Made by a program: the position numbers and the translations under genes. Positions 27,080 through 37,707 of a stretch of DNA of 64,000 nt are shown here, one piece after another. Each line of letters begins with the position of its first letter. Within the stretch, counting starts at the first letter, position 1. Below the pieces are notes generated by a model, which did not search any database, was not told the origin of the DNA, and worked only from the letters and a program-made list of their open reading frames with translations. The DNA is from Macrostomum lignano (lineage: Eukaryota): positions 248,001-312,000 of the forward strand of contig NIVC01001051.1 in the NCBI GenBank assembly GCA_002269645.1, in the 5' to 3' direction.

Positions 27080-27913
27080 GGGTTTCCATGCATTTCGGTG
27101 CCCGTGCTTTTCGGTGCCCGGCATTTCGGTGCCCCAGATTGCTTTTCGGTGCCTCAATTTATGACGCCGAAATGATGATAATAAAAAAGAAATCCAATAA
27201 ACGTTCAAAACGTTCGATATTCCTAATAAAAGCAGTGTTCATTTTGTTAAGCTGGCACGTTTCCTAAATTTAGAAAAATCCGGTCAATTTAATTGCATGC
27301 ATTTGCTGTACAGTACGTAATCATGTAATATACAATACAATCTGGCGGCACTCAGCAAGCGTACCAGTGCTATGAAGACTTAGTTAGGTAAAGTTGAAAT
27401 CCATTAACGATGCTACATGTAGTTTTGATCGAAATTATGAAATGTGACAAGTCTACATGTATTTTAGTTAGTATTGATTTTTTGAATCACACGCGACCGA
27501 CGATCATGTTTTGTTTCATAAAACTGCCTAGGAAATGAAGTGTGTATTATTTGATGAGCTGAAATGATTGGACCATAATCTATAAGATTTTATTATAAGT
27601 GCATTTGGGGCATCAGTTTAAAATTTTGACGCGGATGAGACGCGGCAAGCGACATGAAGTAAATCGAATCGAGTAATTTCGAAAACCGTTTTTTTTAATT
27701 AAAACACCAGGTCAGCTTAACAAAATGAATAATACCTTGTTTTTTAAAGTAAGTAAGTACTGCAAAGACAAAGCACTCACTGCTAAATTATAAGGGCTCA
27801 ATTTCTATATTCTTGTTTCCAATTCCAATGTATAATTTGGGCACCGAAAAGCAAGCTGGGGCACCGAAATGCCGGGCACCGAAAAGCACAGGCACCGAAA
27901 AGCGTGGATACCC
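27080..27913. mobile_element. 834-bp MITE with ~80-bp TIRs built from TTTCGGTGCC repeats
   Basis: Left GGGTTTCCATGCATTTCGGTGCC vs right (reverse complement) GGGTATCCACGCTTTTCGGTGCC; 6-bp direct repeat TTCTAG at 27074-27079 and 27914-27919. Confidence 0.85.
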
Positions 27914-28203
27914 TTCTAGGTCTGCGGTCATTTCGTCTGCCGCCTTTTCGTCTGCCAAAGAATTTTAGCAGACGAAACGACTTTTTTATTTATGTTTATT
28001 TTCATTCACTTATTTAGTATTTTTTATGTAGGGAATTAAAATAAATTAGTATAAGCAAGTTTTAAGTATGTTTTCTTATTTATATTGATACATTTTGTTT
28101 TTCTTCATTCTCTACGAAACCTAACTAACCTATATAATACTTTCGACGCATCGATGCGAAGTTATTTTCTGAGAAAGTGGTGTTATCGATAATTTTTTTC
28201 ACC

Positions 28204-29468
28204 ATGGACGCATGCGTAATTTGTAAACAGACTGTACGACCCAGACAACATGCGCTACTGTGCGACTTGTGCAACAAATGGCAGCATCGGACATGCAATT
28301 CTGGTAAGTTAACAATGCGTATATCAGTATTTACGTATAGTATATAGTTTTGCTATATAGTTTTGTATTTAAACTTGTATTTTTGTATACTTTTGTATTT
28401 TGTATATATAATAGTATATTAATAGTAAGCGATTAACCTTTTAACCTTGCAGGCATTTCATTGACTAAGTATCGGCAGCTTATGACTGAGACGGACATAA
28501 CTTATGTCTGTAGTAAATGTAAGTCTGAAGCTGAGGCTGCCGCTGAGGCTGCCGCTGAAGCTGAGGCTGCCGCTGAAGCTGAGGCTGCCGCTGAAGCTGA
28601 GGCTGCCGCTGAAGCTGAGGCTGCCGCTGAAGCTGAGGCTGCCGCTGAAGCTGAGGCTGCCGCTGAAGCTGAGGCTGCCGCTGAAGCTGAGGCTGCCGCT
28701 GAAGCTGAGGCTGCCGCTGAAGCTGAGGCTGAAGCTGAGCCTGCCGCTGAAGCTGAAGCTGCCGCTGAAGCTGAAGCTGCCGCTGAAGCTGAAGCTGCCG
28801 CTGAAGCTGCCGCTGAAGCTGAGGCTGCCGCTGAAGCTGAAATGTTCAGCCTTCGACCAGGTGCCAGCAAGCGCGGAGGGGATCTACTGATCTCTTCGCA
28901 AGGATTCATCCTCGGACGCAATGGAGGAAAAGGGGGTTCAAGGTATTGGAAGTGCGTGACTCGCAATAGCGCAATAGCCTATGCTGCTGATCCTGTCACG
29001 CGTACGCTGTGCCGCCAACTGATGGCACTGCCTTACCTTCCATCGGGGCAGATGGAGGCAGCTTTCGAGCAACTGCGACCACAGGCGACGACACAGCCTT
29101 TAATGGAGCTGTGCAACTACGTCGACCAGACATGGCTGTCGCACCCAGTCTGGTCTGTGCAGTCGTTATCAGCCTTTCAGCAGATGGACAGGACGAACAA
29201 TGCCGTTGAGGGATGGCACTCGGGCCTGCGCAAGCGTGCTGGTGTCCGCATGAACGTTTTTGCCCTCATCGGTGTCCTGGCTGAACAGGCCCGCATTTTG
29301 GGCCTACAAATTCGACAGCTGGCACCTATTCCTGCTCCACGCACCGACAATGTCCGACACAGGCGCGATGTGGCGCTACAGGCTGCTTGGGCCGACTATG
29401 CAGCTCGCAAGCTGACCAGCTATGAGCTCCTACAGCGCTGTGGCAACAGTGCTGTGGCGCTGTCTTAG
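28204..29468 (+). CDS. Spliced PHD finger - (AEAEAA)n - partial FLYWCH - MULE transposase C-terminus (exons 28204-28303, 28453-29468)
   Basis: Exon 1 MDACVICKQTVRPRQHALLCDLCNKWQHRTCNSG, phase-1 GT..AG intron, then ISLTKYR..YVCSKCK completes a C4HC3 PHD. Followed by GGDLLISSQGF..YWKC and LMALPYLP, YVDQTWL, RTNNAVEGWH. Confidence 0.8.
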
Positions 29469-29573
29469 GCAAGTGTCTGTCGTAATGAATTACTGCCGAA
29501 ACAGTTTTTTTGACGTTTTGCTTTGTGACGTTAGTCGTTTTGTGACGTTTTTACATTTTTACATTTTTACATT

Positions 29574-30107
29574 TTACATTTTACACTTTGTGCATTTAAG
29601 CTACTTGTATTCGTGAATAAATTGCATATGAGTTTACATTTTCTGTGCCTACAATTTCGATTGCTCCTTACATTTTACACTTTGTGCATTTAAGCTACTT
29701 GTATTCGTGAATAAATTGCATATGAGTTTACATTTTCTGTGCCTACAATTTCGATTGCTCCTTACATTTTACACTTTGTGCATTTAAGCTACTTGTATTC
29801 GTGAATAAATTGCATATGAGTTTACATTTTCTGTGCCTACAATTTCGATTGCTCCTTACATTTTACACTTTGTGCATTTAAGCTACTTGTATTCGTGAAT
29901 AAATTGCATATGAGTTTACATTTTCTGTGCCTACAATTTCGATTGCTCCTTACATTTTACACTTTGTGCATTTAAGCTACTTGTATTCGTGAATAAATTG
30001 CATATGAGTTTACATTTTCTGTGCCTACAATTTCGATTGCTCCTTACATTTTACACTTTGTGCATTTAAGCTACTTGTATTCGTGAATAAATTGCATATG
30101 AGTTTAC
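29574..30107 (+). repeat. 94-bp tandem repeat, ~5.6 near-identical copies, inside the MULE
   Basis: cactttgtgc recurs at 29584 and 29678 and continues at the same period. Confidence 0.95.
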
Positions 30108-31390
30108 ATACACGAAAAAAAGAAAGTTGGAAGGAAACTAAACGGTTGGAGGTATTTGCTTCTGGCTTTGTGTATTTATATGCAACATATTAGCTCCGGA
30201 ACTTTCAGAAAAGTCCTAGCATTATAATAAATTATAATTAATAAGACATTTACATTACACTTCCATGCGAAGCTTGATGACATAATTAGTTATTCCGATT
30301 TATATATTATATATATTGGCAGACGAAACGACTATATCGTATATTGGCAGACGAAAAGGCGGCAGACGAAAAGGCGGCAGACGAAAAGGCGGCAGACGAA
30401 ATGACCGTCAACCTGCTTCTACAATATTTGGGGGATGCTTGCTATCTAGGGTGGATGCTTCTACAATATTTGGGGGATGCTTGTTATCTGCAGATGCTTG
30501 CTATCTGGGTGGATGATTCTACAATATTTGGGAAATGCTTGCTGTCTGCAGGATGTTCGCTATCTGGGTGGATGCTTGCTACGAGTATTAGGGGATGCTG
30601 GCTATCTGCGGTTGCTTACTTTTGGAGGGGGTGCTTGCTATCTGGAGGGATGCTTACTGTCTTGGGAATATTTTCTATTTAGGGGTAATGTCTATTATCT
30701 TTGTAAAAGTTATATTTTGTTGTATATTTGTTAATTTTAGAAAAAAAATAGATTCATAGCAAATATCATTGTCCGTGACAATTTTACATGAATAAGGTGA
30801 TTTTTAAAAGTTAAGAATTGGATTTGGTGTTTAAGAAAATGTGCTTTTTTAAATTGTTTTCAATTAACTATTTTTGCTCCGTGCTTATTGGGCGCCCCGA
30901 AGGGGGCCGCACTAGATTGCTAGTATAAAACTTAAAAGGGATCTAGGGGGTTAAGACAGCTACCCCAACATGACTAACCTTGGCTTCGCTTTCGCTATAC
31001 TAAAATGGTTTATTCTATTCTTCTTAGGCCCTATCATATAGGGGTCAGAGTCAGACAAGGAACATTTAGTGGGGTGTGACCGTGTGAATTATTGTGAATT
31101 TTTTGGGCGTGATTAGACCTAGCGATTAGGATCTAAATTTTTTTAATTTGATAACAATTAGGCCTATTTGAATAAGTACACTGTACACACAAAAACTAAA
31201 CCAATACTAAAATAAGATAGTTTGATATCGGCTATGGGTTCAAATGTAGCCAGTTTTAACGATCTATAGATCTGATTTTGAGAACGTATTGGTTTCCCGA
31301 CAGACATTCAGACAGACATTCAAAAATTGTTCAGTAAATGTTTAACAAAATTTTCTATTTAGTACGCAAGACAGTGTAAATTTTTAGACA

Positions 31391-32048
31391 TTTTTACGCA
31401 TGTCTCTGCTTTAAAAAGACACCTCAGACACACAAAAAGACGCTTCAGAAGCTGAGATATTCCCAAGCAACTGTTGTTACGCCGTTTCCTAATATACCGA
31501 ATACTGTATATAGTTAGTTTTTTTGAGAAGCCGCTACATCATCCCACTTTGGTCTTGCTGCATGAAATTTGCACAGCTGTTTTACGCATGTCTCTGCTTT
31601 AAAAAGACACCTCAGACACACACAAAGACGCTTCACAAGCTGAGATATTCCCTAGCAACTGTTGTTACGACGTTTTCCATGTACCGAATACTGTATATAG
31701 TAGTTTTTTGAGAAGCCGCTACATCGTCCCACTTTAGTCTTGCTGCATGAAATTTGCACAGCTGTTTTACGCATGTCTCTGCTTTAAAAAGACACCTCAG
31801 ACACACACAAAGACGCTTCACAAGCTGAGATATTCCCTAGCAACTGTTGTTACGACGTTTTCCATGTACCGAATACTGTATATAGTAGCTTTTTGAGAAG
31901 CCGCTACATCATCCCACTTTGGTCTTGCTGCATGGAATTTTCAAAGCTGTTTTACGCATGTCTCTGCTTTAAAAAGACACCTCAAACACACACAAAGACG
32001 CTTCACAAGCTGAGATATTCCCTAGCAACTGTTGTTACGACGTTTTCT
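31391..32048 (+). repeat. ~185-bp tandem repeat, ~3.5 copies
   Basis: acgcatgtctctgc at 31396, 31584, 31769, 31954. Confidence 0.9.
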
Positions 32049-32229
32049 AAAAATACCAAATGTTTTATTATTCCAATATTATTAAGACTATTATTGAAAT
32101 TATTACTATTAATAATGATAATAAGATGATTACGATCGTATTACTATATTCCTTTTATTACTATATATTAATATTACTGTTCTATTATTAACAGTAGAAC
32201 AGGGAACCCCCACCCCAGCTGACATTTTT

Positions 32230-32700
32230 TGATGCGCCGACACGGAGCAACGCGGGCGCACGAAATTCAAGAACACGGGCTTACTTTTTGCTACGCACCT
32301 TCTCGAACAAGAATCAAGTCGTCGCCAGCCCTTTGGACCTTCGAGATATTCGATGATTCTGCCTGCAGATGGTCGGATTTTCCCATAAGCGCCAGTGTAT
32401 TACACCCTGTGCGCCAATAACTGCTGACTCAGTGCAGCCTGCCAAGTCTCCAAATTTCGTCGGCACGTCTACCACATTGTGTCTGCATCAGATTTACTTG
32501 ACTTTGTTGGTCACTAGCCTTCACCCAGGCGGAGCTTCTGGACCTTCAACAAGTTGCAACAGGTGTCTACATGTATATGGACACGCTGTTCAAATTTCTC
32601 AGCTAGTTTCGCTGATCAAGCCTCGACAGAGTGGGCAAGCCTCAACTGCTGGACATCCTCAGCTAGTCTCTCGAGCATTCAGTTATCACCCGGACGCCGT
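32230..32700 (+). mobile_element. Possible degraded CR1/L2-type LINE 3' remnant
   Basis: Fragments SRTRAYFLLRTFS and FSASFADQASTEWASL..SASLSS loosely resemble the CR1/L2 ORF2 C-terminus; GC content is higher than the flanks. Confidence 0.3.
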
Positions 32701-32740
32701 CAGCACCTTCAACGGATTACAACAGCTGACTAGTCCCTAG

Positions 32741-32809
32741 TACATTTCCCTACTACTACACACAAACACACTTATAACCCATCGCCCGCGCCGCAGGCGC
32801 GAAGGGTCT
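32741..32809 (+). repeat. Left terminal inverted repeat (remnant), 62/69 identical to 58797-58865
   Basis: Manual alignment; the first 29 nt are identical. Confidence 0.9.
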
Positions 32810-32827
32810 TTTTTTCTGTTACTAAAA

Positions 32828-33193
32828 ATGAACCGAGTTTACAACTTTTCAGTAAGCGATACTTTTGAGACTGTTGCTAAAAATGCAGAGATAATAAAAC
32901 AGCACATATTGAATGGAATAATTGATGAAGTTTATTTAAAATATGACGACGGAAGCGAACTAAAACTTTATCCGTTAGAGTTGGATGGGCTGTATGATTT
33001 AGAACAAGAGGGTGAGTTAATATTTCAACTTGGAGATTATTTAAATTCCGAGGATTGGGAGGTTAGGTCAACAGATTCTGAATCAACAAATAGTTCTTAT
33101 GAAACTAGTTCCACCAGTGAACGAGCCGAGAGAACCCGAGGCCCCGCCAGGGGCCGAGGGCGAGTAAATAAGTTAGACTCCCATGCATTTTGA
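32828..33193 (+). CDS. Viral hypothetical protein (121 aa) with an I.NG.I..V.L..K.YPL module; 3' end possibly altered by an insertion
   Basis: ORF track; TAAAAATG start; module shared with 35653-36156. Confidence 0.6.
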   Translation: MNRVYNFSVSDTFETVAKNAEIIKQHILNGIIDEVYLKYDDGSELKLYPLELDGLYDLEQEGELIFQLGDYLNSEDWEVRSTDSESTNSSYETSSTSERAERTRGPARGRGRVNKLDSHAF

Positions 33194-35458
33194 AATTTCA
33201 CGTTTTTTCGCTAAAAAATGCTCCTGTTTTGCAACCACTGCATCGATTAAGTTGAGTGAGGTGTCGATCGATAGAAAACTTTTAAATCTATCGAATGAAT
33301 ATACTTTTAAGTGCAGAGATTTTATTACTGAGCCGTAAATTAAGTGGAAAGACGATTTTTTCAAAAGTGCTTCTGGGAGATCTTAAAATTCTGGTACACC
33401 TTACGAGATACGGCTTCGACATCTGAGGATCAAAGTTGTAAAACTAAATTTCCTACAAAATGGTATATAACGCTTTGATTTATTTCGGCATCTTTATTCA
33501 GTTTTGGTGGGTTTTTTAGGTAAAAAATTGACACTCATTTTATTATTGTGCCACTTTTTCCTACAAAGGTTTTTTAGTTTAGGCTTCAAAGCAGTGCAGT
33601 TGGGTGCGCAATGCAAAAATCTACAAGTGTCTAAAGTTTTGTTTCCCTACGATTCTGCAGTGCTGAGAAAATCGACAAAAATCGATTTTTCAAAAAATCA
33701 CATGACTTTCGCATTATTGCTCATTATAATTTTGAGAACATGGTGCGAATAAGCCGATTTCGAATTTCTATAGCATAGTTGCTGTACTATATTGGTTTAA
33801 ATTGCCGCCGTCTGATTTCGCTGCTTTCGGGTTGAAAAATCGATCAGAAATCGATAATTTGTGATTTTTGGCTGATTGGGTGCCAGAAAAATGGGTAATT
33901 AAATTTTTAAAAGAATGGTAGATCAAATGCGGATACTGCAACGAGTTGTACTAATGTCTGGCTAAAATTGACCAAGTTTTTGAATGTCTGCACCAAATGC
34001 TCATGTGTCAAAAGTGATTGGAAATCGATCAGAGTAGTGATTTTTTAATATTTTGCTTGAAATCAGGCAAAAAAACGCAATAGGACGGCATTATTTTAAT
34101 GACGGCTGATTTCCCACATAACGAGGCATATTTGTGTGCAATTTCTAGAGATTCGGTTCATTGGGTAAAAAATTATCGATAAAAAACTGAAAACTTGACT
34201 TTTTACTTTTATGTTAGTTCCGGGGCTATTTAAACTGGAAATGGTAGGAATTTTGCACTGAAACCAATGCACAGTGTTTCATATAGTTAATTTAACAAAT
34301 TTCTTGAATTTCATAACCATTCGATGTTTTTTTCATGTAAAAAATTCCTTTTTTGCACCAAAATTCATCACATTAAGCTGCATACCGCTTTGCATAATCT
34401 GCATTTGCATGCGATTGCTCGCATGGCTTTGGCGTTGGGCTGAGTTAGGCTGGTTAGAAAGGAAAGGAAGGAAGGAATAATCGTACATACAATGTACACT
34501 CCCGTCCCTTTTAACTGGGGTTGTGGCGTGTGGGCTTGGGCCGGAGAGGCGTCAATAGAGCTTCATTTGCTTCGCGCACAGACCAAGGAAAATTAGATCG
34601 ATAAACGGCGTCACGTGATTAGAATTTAGTGTTAAATTTAGCTCTTTAACTGCACGTTTGAATTGCAAGCCCAGTACAAAGTTTGGCGGGGGGAAGCTCC
34701 AAGTCACTACGTGTACAATCCTCCCCCTGACTAAAAGGTCAAGCGATACGGCTTCTGAAGTAGCTATGCTATGTACAGTGTTTTGGAAAGACTATTTATA
34801 GCTTTCTTTGCAACTCCGTTAATGGAGAAGAGGCTTAGGGTATCTTATTATTCTTAAGTGTACTATCTGATTGAGAGTACGAGGTTTATGTTCCACAAAA
34901 CTGGCCTGACTTTCCATTTCCAAGCACTTAAGCTGCGATGCTAAGAGGATCATGCGCCGAAACAACCAGCTTAATGAGGTGGTATAACCCTGCTACGCTC
35001 TGGATACTTTAGTTTAGAGTCATTAGACAATTTTTTTAGATCGAGGCCTTCGAGAAGTTCGAGGGCCTATTATAGAATATTCGATTCCAGCTCATGGCTG
35101 CGGGTCAGATCAGATGAGAGAAAATGAAAGAGAATAGAGAGAAGAGATAAGACTAAGAGGAGATAAGAGATAAGACGAGAGCTAGAAGCGAGAGGAGAGG
35201 GGGAGACTAGAGAGAGAGATTAGAGAGGAGGGAAACAGAACAGACAGGAGAGAAAATGGGAGAAGTAGAGATTTACATTTTTCTTGAGCTTCTCAAAGTT
35301 CTTTTTCATCGGTACAAAACTAGGTTTATCAAGTAGTATGAAGACCCACGTCTAAAAAGAAGCCCGTTCACTGGTGGCAAAAAGACGTGTGCGTCTTCAT
35401 ACTACTTGTGAATCGGATAATGAAAACGAAATTTTTATGTGAAAAATATAACTTAAAA

Positions 35459-35626
35459 ATGAACATAAATTATTCTTACATAGGAAACGTGCCAATTAAT
35501 GAACTTAAAGAAAATTTAAGTCTTGTTACAGTTGAACAATTGTTGATAATGATATTAGTAACTATAATAATAATAATATTGCTTTTGTTTGTTATAAAAA
35601 AATTATTACCTTGTTGCCTCAAGTAA
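35459..35626 (+). CDS. Small single-pass membrane protein (55 aa)
   Basis: TAAAAATG start; hydrophobic LLIMILVTIIIIILLLFVI followed by KKLLPCC. Confidence 0.5.
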   Translation: MNINYSYIGNVPINELKENLSLVTVEQLLIMILVTIIIIILLLFVIKKLLPCCLK

Positions 35627-35652
35627 GTATTATTTAAAATTTATCCATAAAA

Positions 35653-36156
35653 ATGGAATCAGAAATTGATCAAAGGTTAAAAGATCTAAAACAGAAGATA
35701 AATGATGGTTTAATAAAAATTGTACTATTAGAAGGAGAAAAAATATATCCATTAAAACCATCTGAAATTAAGCAACTACTATATAAAATTAAAAACACTA
35801 TTGTAAATTTTGGTCGTCATCTTAAAGATGATGTTATTGCTTTGGTTACATATTTGAATAATTATCAACTACCTACACAATCAAATCATTATCCAACGAG
35901 ATTTAAGATTGATCTTAATCTTAAATATAAAGAATATTCTACTCCAATAAAAACTATTATCACAGATCAATTACCCCCATATAATAAACAAGATCTACCC
36001 AATTATCTCTTTGATAAGGTTGTAGATATCAAAAATATGATAATAAATGGCTTAATAAAATACGTAGAAATTCGAGGAGTAAAAATATACCCATTAACCA
36101 CAGATGAAATTAAAGATCTAAAAAACGAATTCCCAAAAAACATAACAAAGCCATAG
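35653..36156 (+). CDS. Viral hypothetical protein (167 aa) with two internal repeats
   Basis: KINDGLIKIVLLEGEKIYPLKPSEIKQL and MIINGLIKYVEIRGVKIYPLTTDEIKDL. Confidence 0.65.
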   Translation: MESEIDQRLKDLKQKINDGLIKIVLLEGEKIYPLKPSEIKQLLYKIKNTIVNFGRHLKDDVIALVTYLNNYQLPTQSNHYPTRFKIDLNLKYKEYSTPIKTIITDQLPPYNKQDLPNYLFDKVVDIKNMIINGLIKYVEIRGVKIYPLTTDEIKDLKNEFPKNITKP

Positions 36157-36435
36157 AAGTTCATATTAGTGAATATTTGAATAATAATGAACAAAGACAT
36201 AATCTAGATTTTTATATCTTTTTTATTCATAACAATCTTGAAGAAATAACTGAAACTTTCAAATAGTCAGATTATAAACCATTAAAAAATATGTTAACAG
36301 ATGAAGAATTAAAAAATGAACTTGCAATTAATGATATGAATATTTAAAAAAAAATTAGCTTCAAAAACTTTATTAACAGAAGATAAAAAATTAGCTTCAT
36401 ACCATTCAAAAACTTTATTAACAGAAGATAAAAAA

Positions 36436-37707
36436 TTAAACTAACATTAATTGGTTCTCATAAAACGAACCCAATATTTCTTCACCATCTTTATCAGCAA
36501 TGATATAGGTTGTAGGATTTGTATTTAAAACTTTACTAACAGTAAATTTCTCACTTATTTTCCAATATCCTTTTCTTCCCTTTTCAAACTTATCTTTCCA
36601 TTTATAGATATAAACAGAATCACCAACTTTAAAAGGTTTAGTTTTCTTTTTTTCGAATTCTCCAAAAGTAACTTTAACTTTTTCAGGATTGTTATAAGCG
36701 TGTTGTGGAGTCATATTTATAGCCGAATGAAATGAATTATTATAATCTTTCGCTACGTCTGGTAATATTTTTACCCACTTTTGGTTACCATTAAGACTAA
36801 ACTGAAACCATAATTTCTTACCTAAAGTTCGATTAAATCTTTCAATCAGTGCGTTTTTGCTTTCGCCATAAATAGAATAAATTTTATTAATATACTCACC
36901 ATTTGCGCCCTTTATCCTTTCTTTTCCTTTCTCAAAATGATATAATCTATACATATGTGGATTGTAAAATTCCTTTCCTTCATCAACACATAAACGTTCA
37001 CTTTTTTCTCCAATACTTCTAAAAGCAGAAGCAACCTCCTCTCCATTTTTGGATTTCAAAGGAACAGCCCACGCATATCGAGTAAAACCATCTAATACAG
37101 TTAAAATATATTTATATCCCCAATCGGACGGCATTGCCATTAAATCAGCATACCAAATTTCATTCTTTTTAAAGTTCATGATCTTTCGATAAAATTTCGG
37201 TTTTCGGTATTCTTTGTGAAGAATCTTTGCCTCATCATAACTTAACCCACCACCACTTAATAATAAACATTCTACACAATTATTTCCATGCTGGTTGTAA
37301 TTAATTCCTAAACCAAATTTAACTTTAGACTGCAAAATCTTTTTAACCATCCACCAAGTTAATCTTTGGCTTACCGACAACCCCTGTAAATTATCTAATC
37401 CTTCAATCATTTTTCTATCGGCTTCATGCTTTAATCTTAATGCTTCCTCAGGAGAGTTCTTATCAGCATCTCTGTATGCTAAGTCATGATAATATGCTAA
37501 CCAATCAATACCGTTAATGGGAATCGAATCTGATTTTGGAGTGTCATCAGGATTTAACCTTAAATCCAACCGAGTCCCGGGACCTGCATAGGAATAACCT
37601 GGAATATGTAATTCATTCGTATACCGCCCAGTAGTAAAGATAGGCGGTAAGCTTGTTAATCCTTTCTGAACATCCAATAATCCACCTTCAAACACAAGTT
37701 GGTTCAT
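36436..37707 (-). CDS. INT: Parvovirus-type phospholipase A2 domain fused to a retroviral-like (DDE) integrase, 423 aa, intact
   Basis: PLA2 motifs GYSYAGPGT, PINGIDWLAYYHDLAY, HEAD. Integrase motifs LHKEYRK, IWYADL, YILTVLDGFTRYAWAVPLKSK, VDEGKEF, IERFNRT, and C-terminal GSFYENQL. Confidence 0.92.
   Translation of the reverse strand: MNQLVFEGGLLDVQKGLTSLPPIFTTGRYTNELHIPGYSYAGPGTRLDLRLNPDDTPKSDSIPINGIDWLAYYHDLAYRDADKNSPEEALRLKHEADRKMIEGLDNLQGLSVSQRLTWWMVKKILQSKVKFGLGINYNQHGNNCVECLLLSGGGLSYDEAKILHKEYRKPKFYRKIMNFKKNEIWYADLMAMPSDWGYKYILTVLDGFTRYAWAVPLKSKNGEEVASAFRSIGEKSERLCVDEGKEFYNPHMYRLYHFEKGKERIKGANGEYINKIYSIYGESKNALIERFNRTLGKKLWFQFSLNGNQKWVKILPDVAKDYNNSFHSAINMTPQHAYNNPEKVKVTFGEFEKKKTKPFKVGDSVYIYKWKDKFEKGRKGYWKISEKFTVSKVLNTNPTTYIIADKDGEEILGSFYENQLMLV

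Larger units (their letters stand above)
27919..30413 (+). mobile_element. Internally deleted MULE (Mutator-like) element
   Basis: TIRs GGT(CTG/TGA)CGGTCATTTCGTCTGCCGCCTTTTCGTCTGCC; 8-bp TSD TGCTTCTA at 27071-27078 and 30414-30421; MULE C-terminal motifs in the ORF. Confidence 0.85.
25037..30923 (+). mobile_element. Non-autonomous Helitron-like element with 24-bp and ~19-bp arrays and nested TIR elements
   Basis: 5' end near-identical to the 14977 copy; 3' gccccgaagggggc hairpin then CTAG at 30920-30923. The gatgcttgctatctgggtg array stops at 27078 and resumes at 30414. Confidence 0.75.

Noticed and set aside
32728-32733. GACTAG as the left TSD matching GACTTG after 59132
   Set aside because: One mismatch and no AGTAGTAG terminus follows it; the left end appears truncated
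36436-37707. Selective preservation (domestication) of the integrase while pPolB and MCP decayed
   Set aside because: At roughly one lesion per kb, an intact 1.3-kb ORF is not unexpected; penton and protease are also intact
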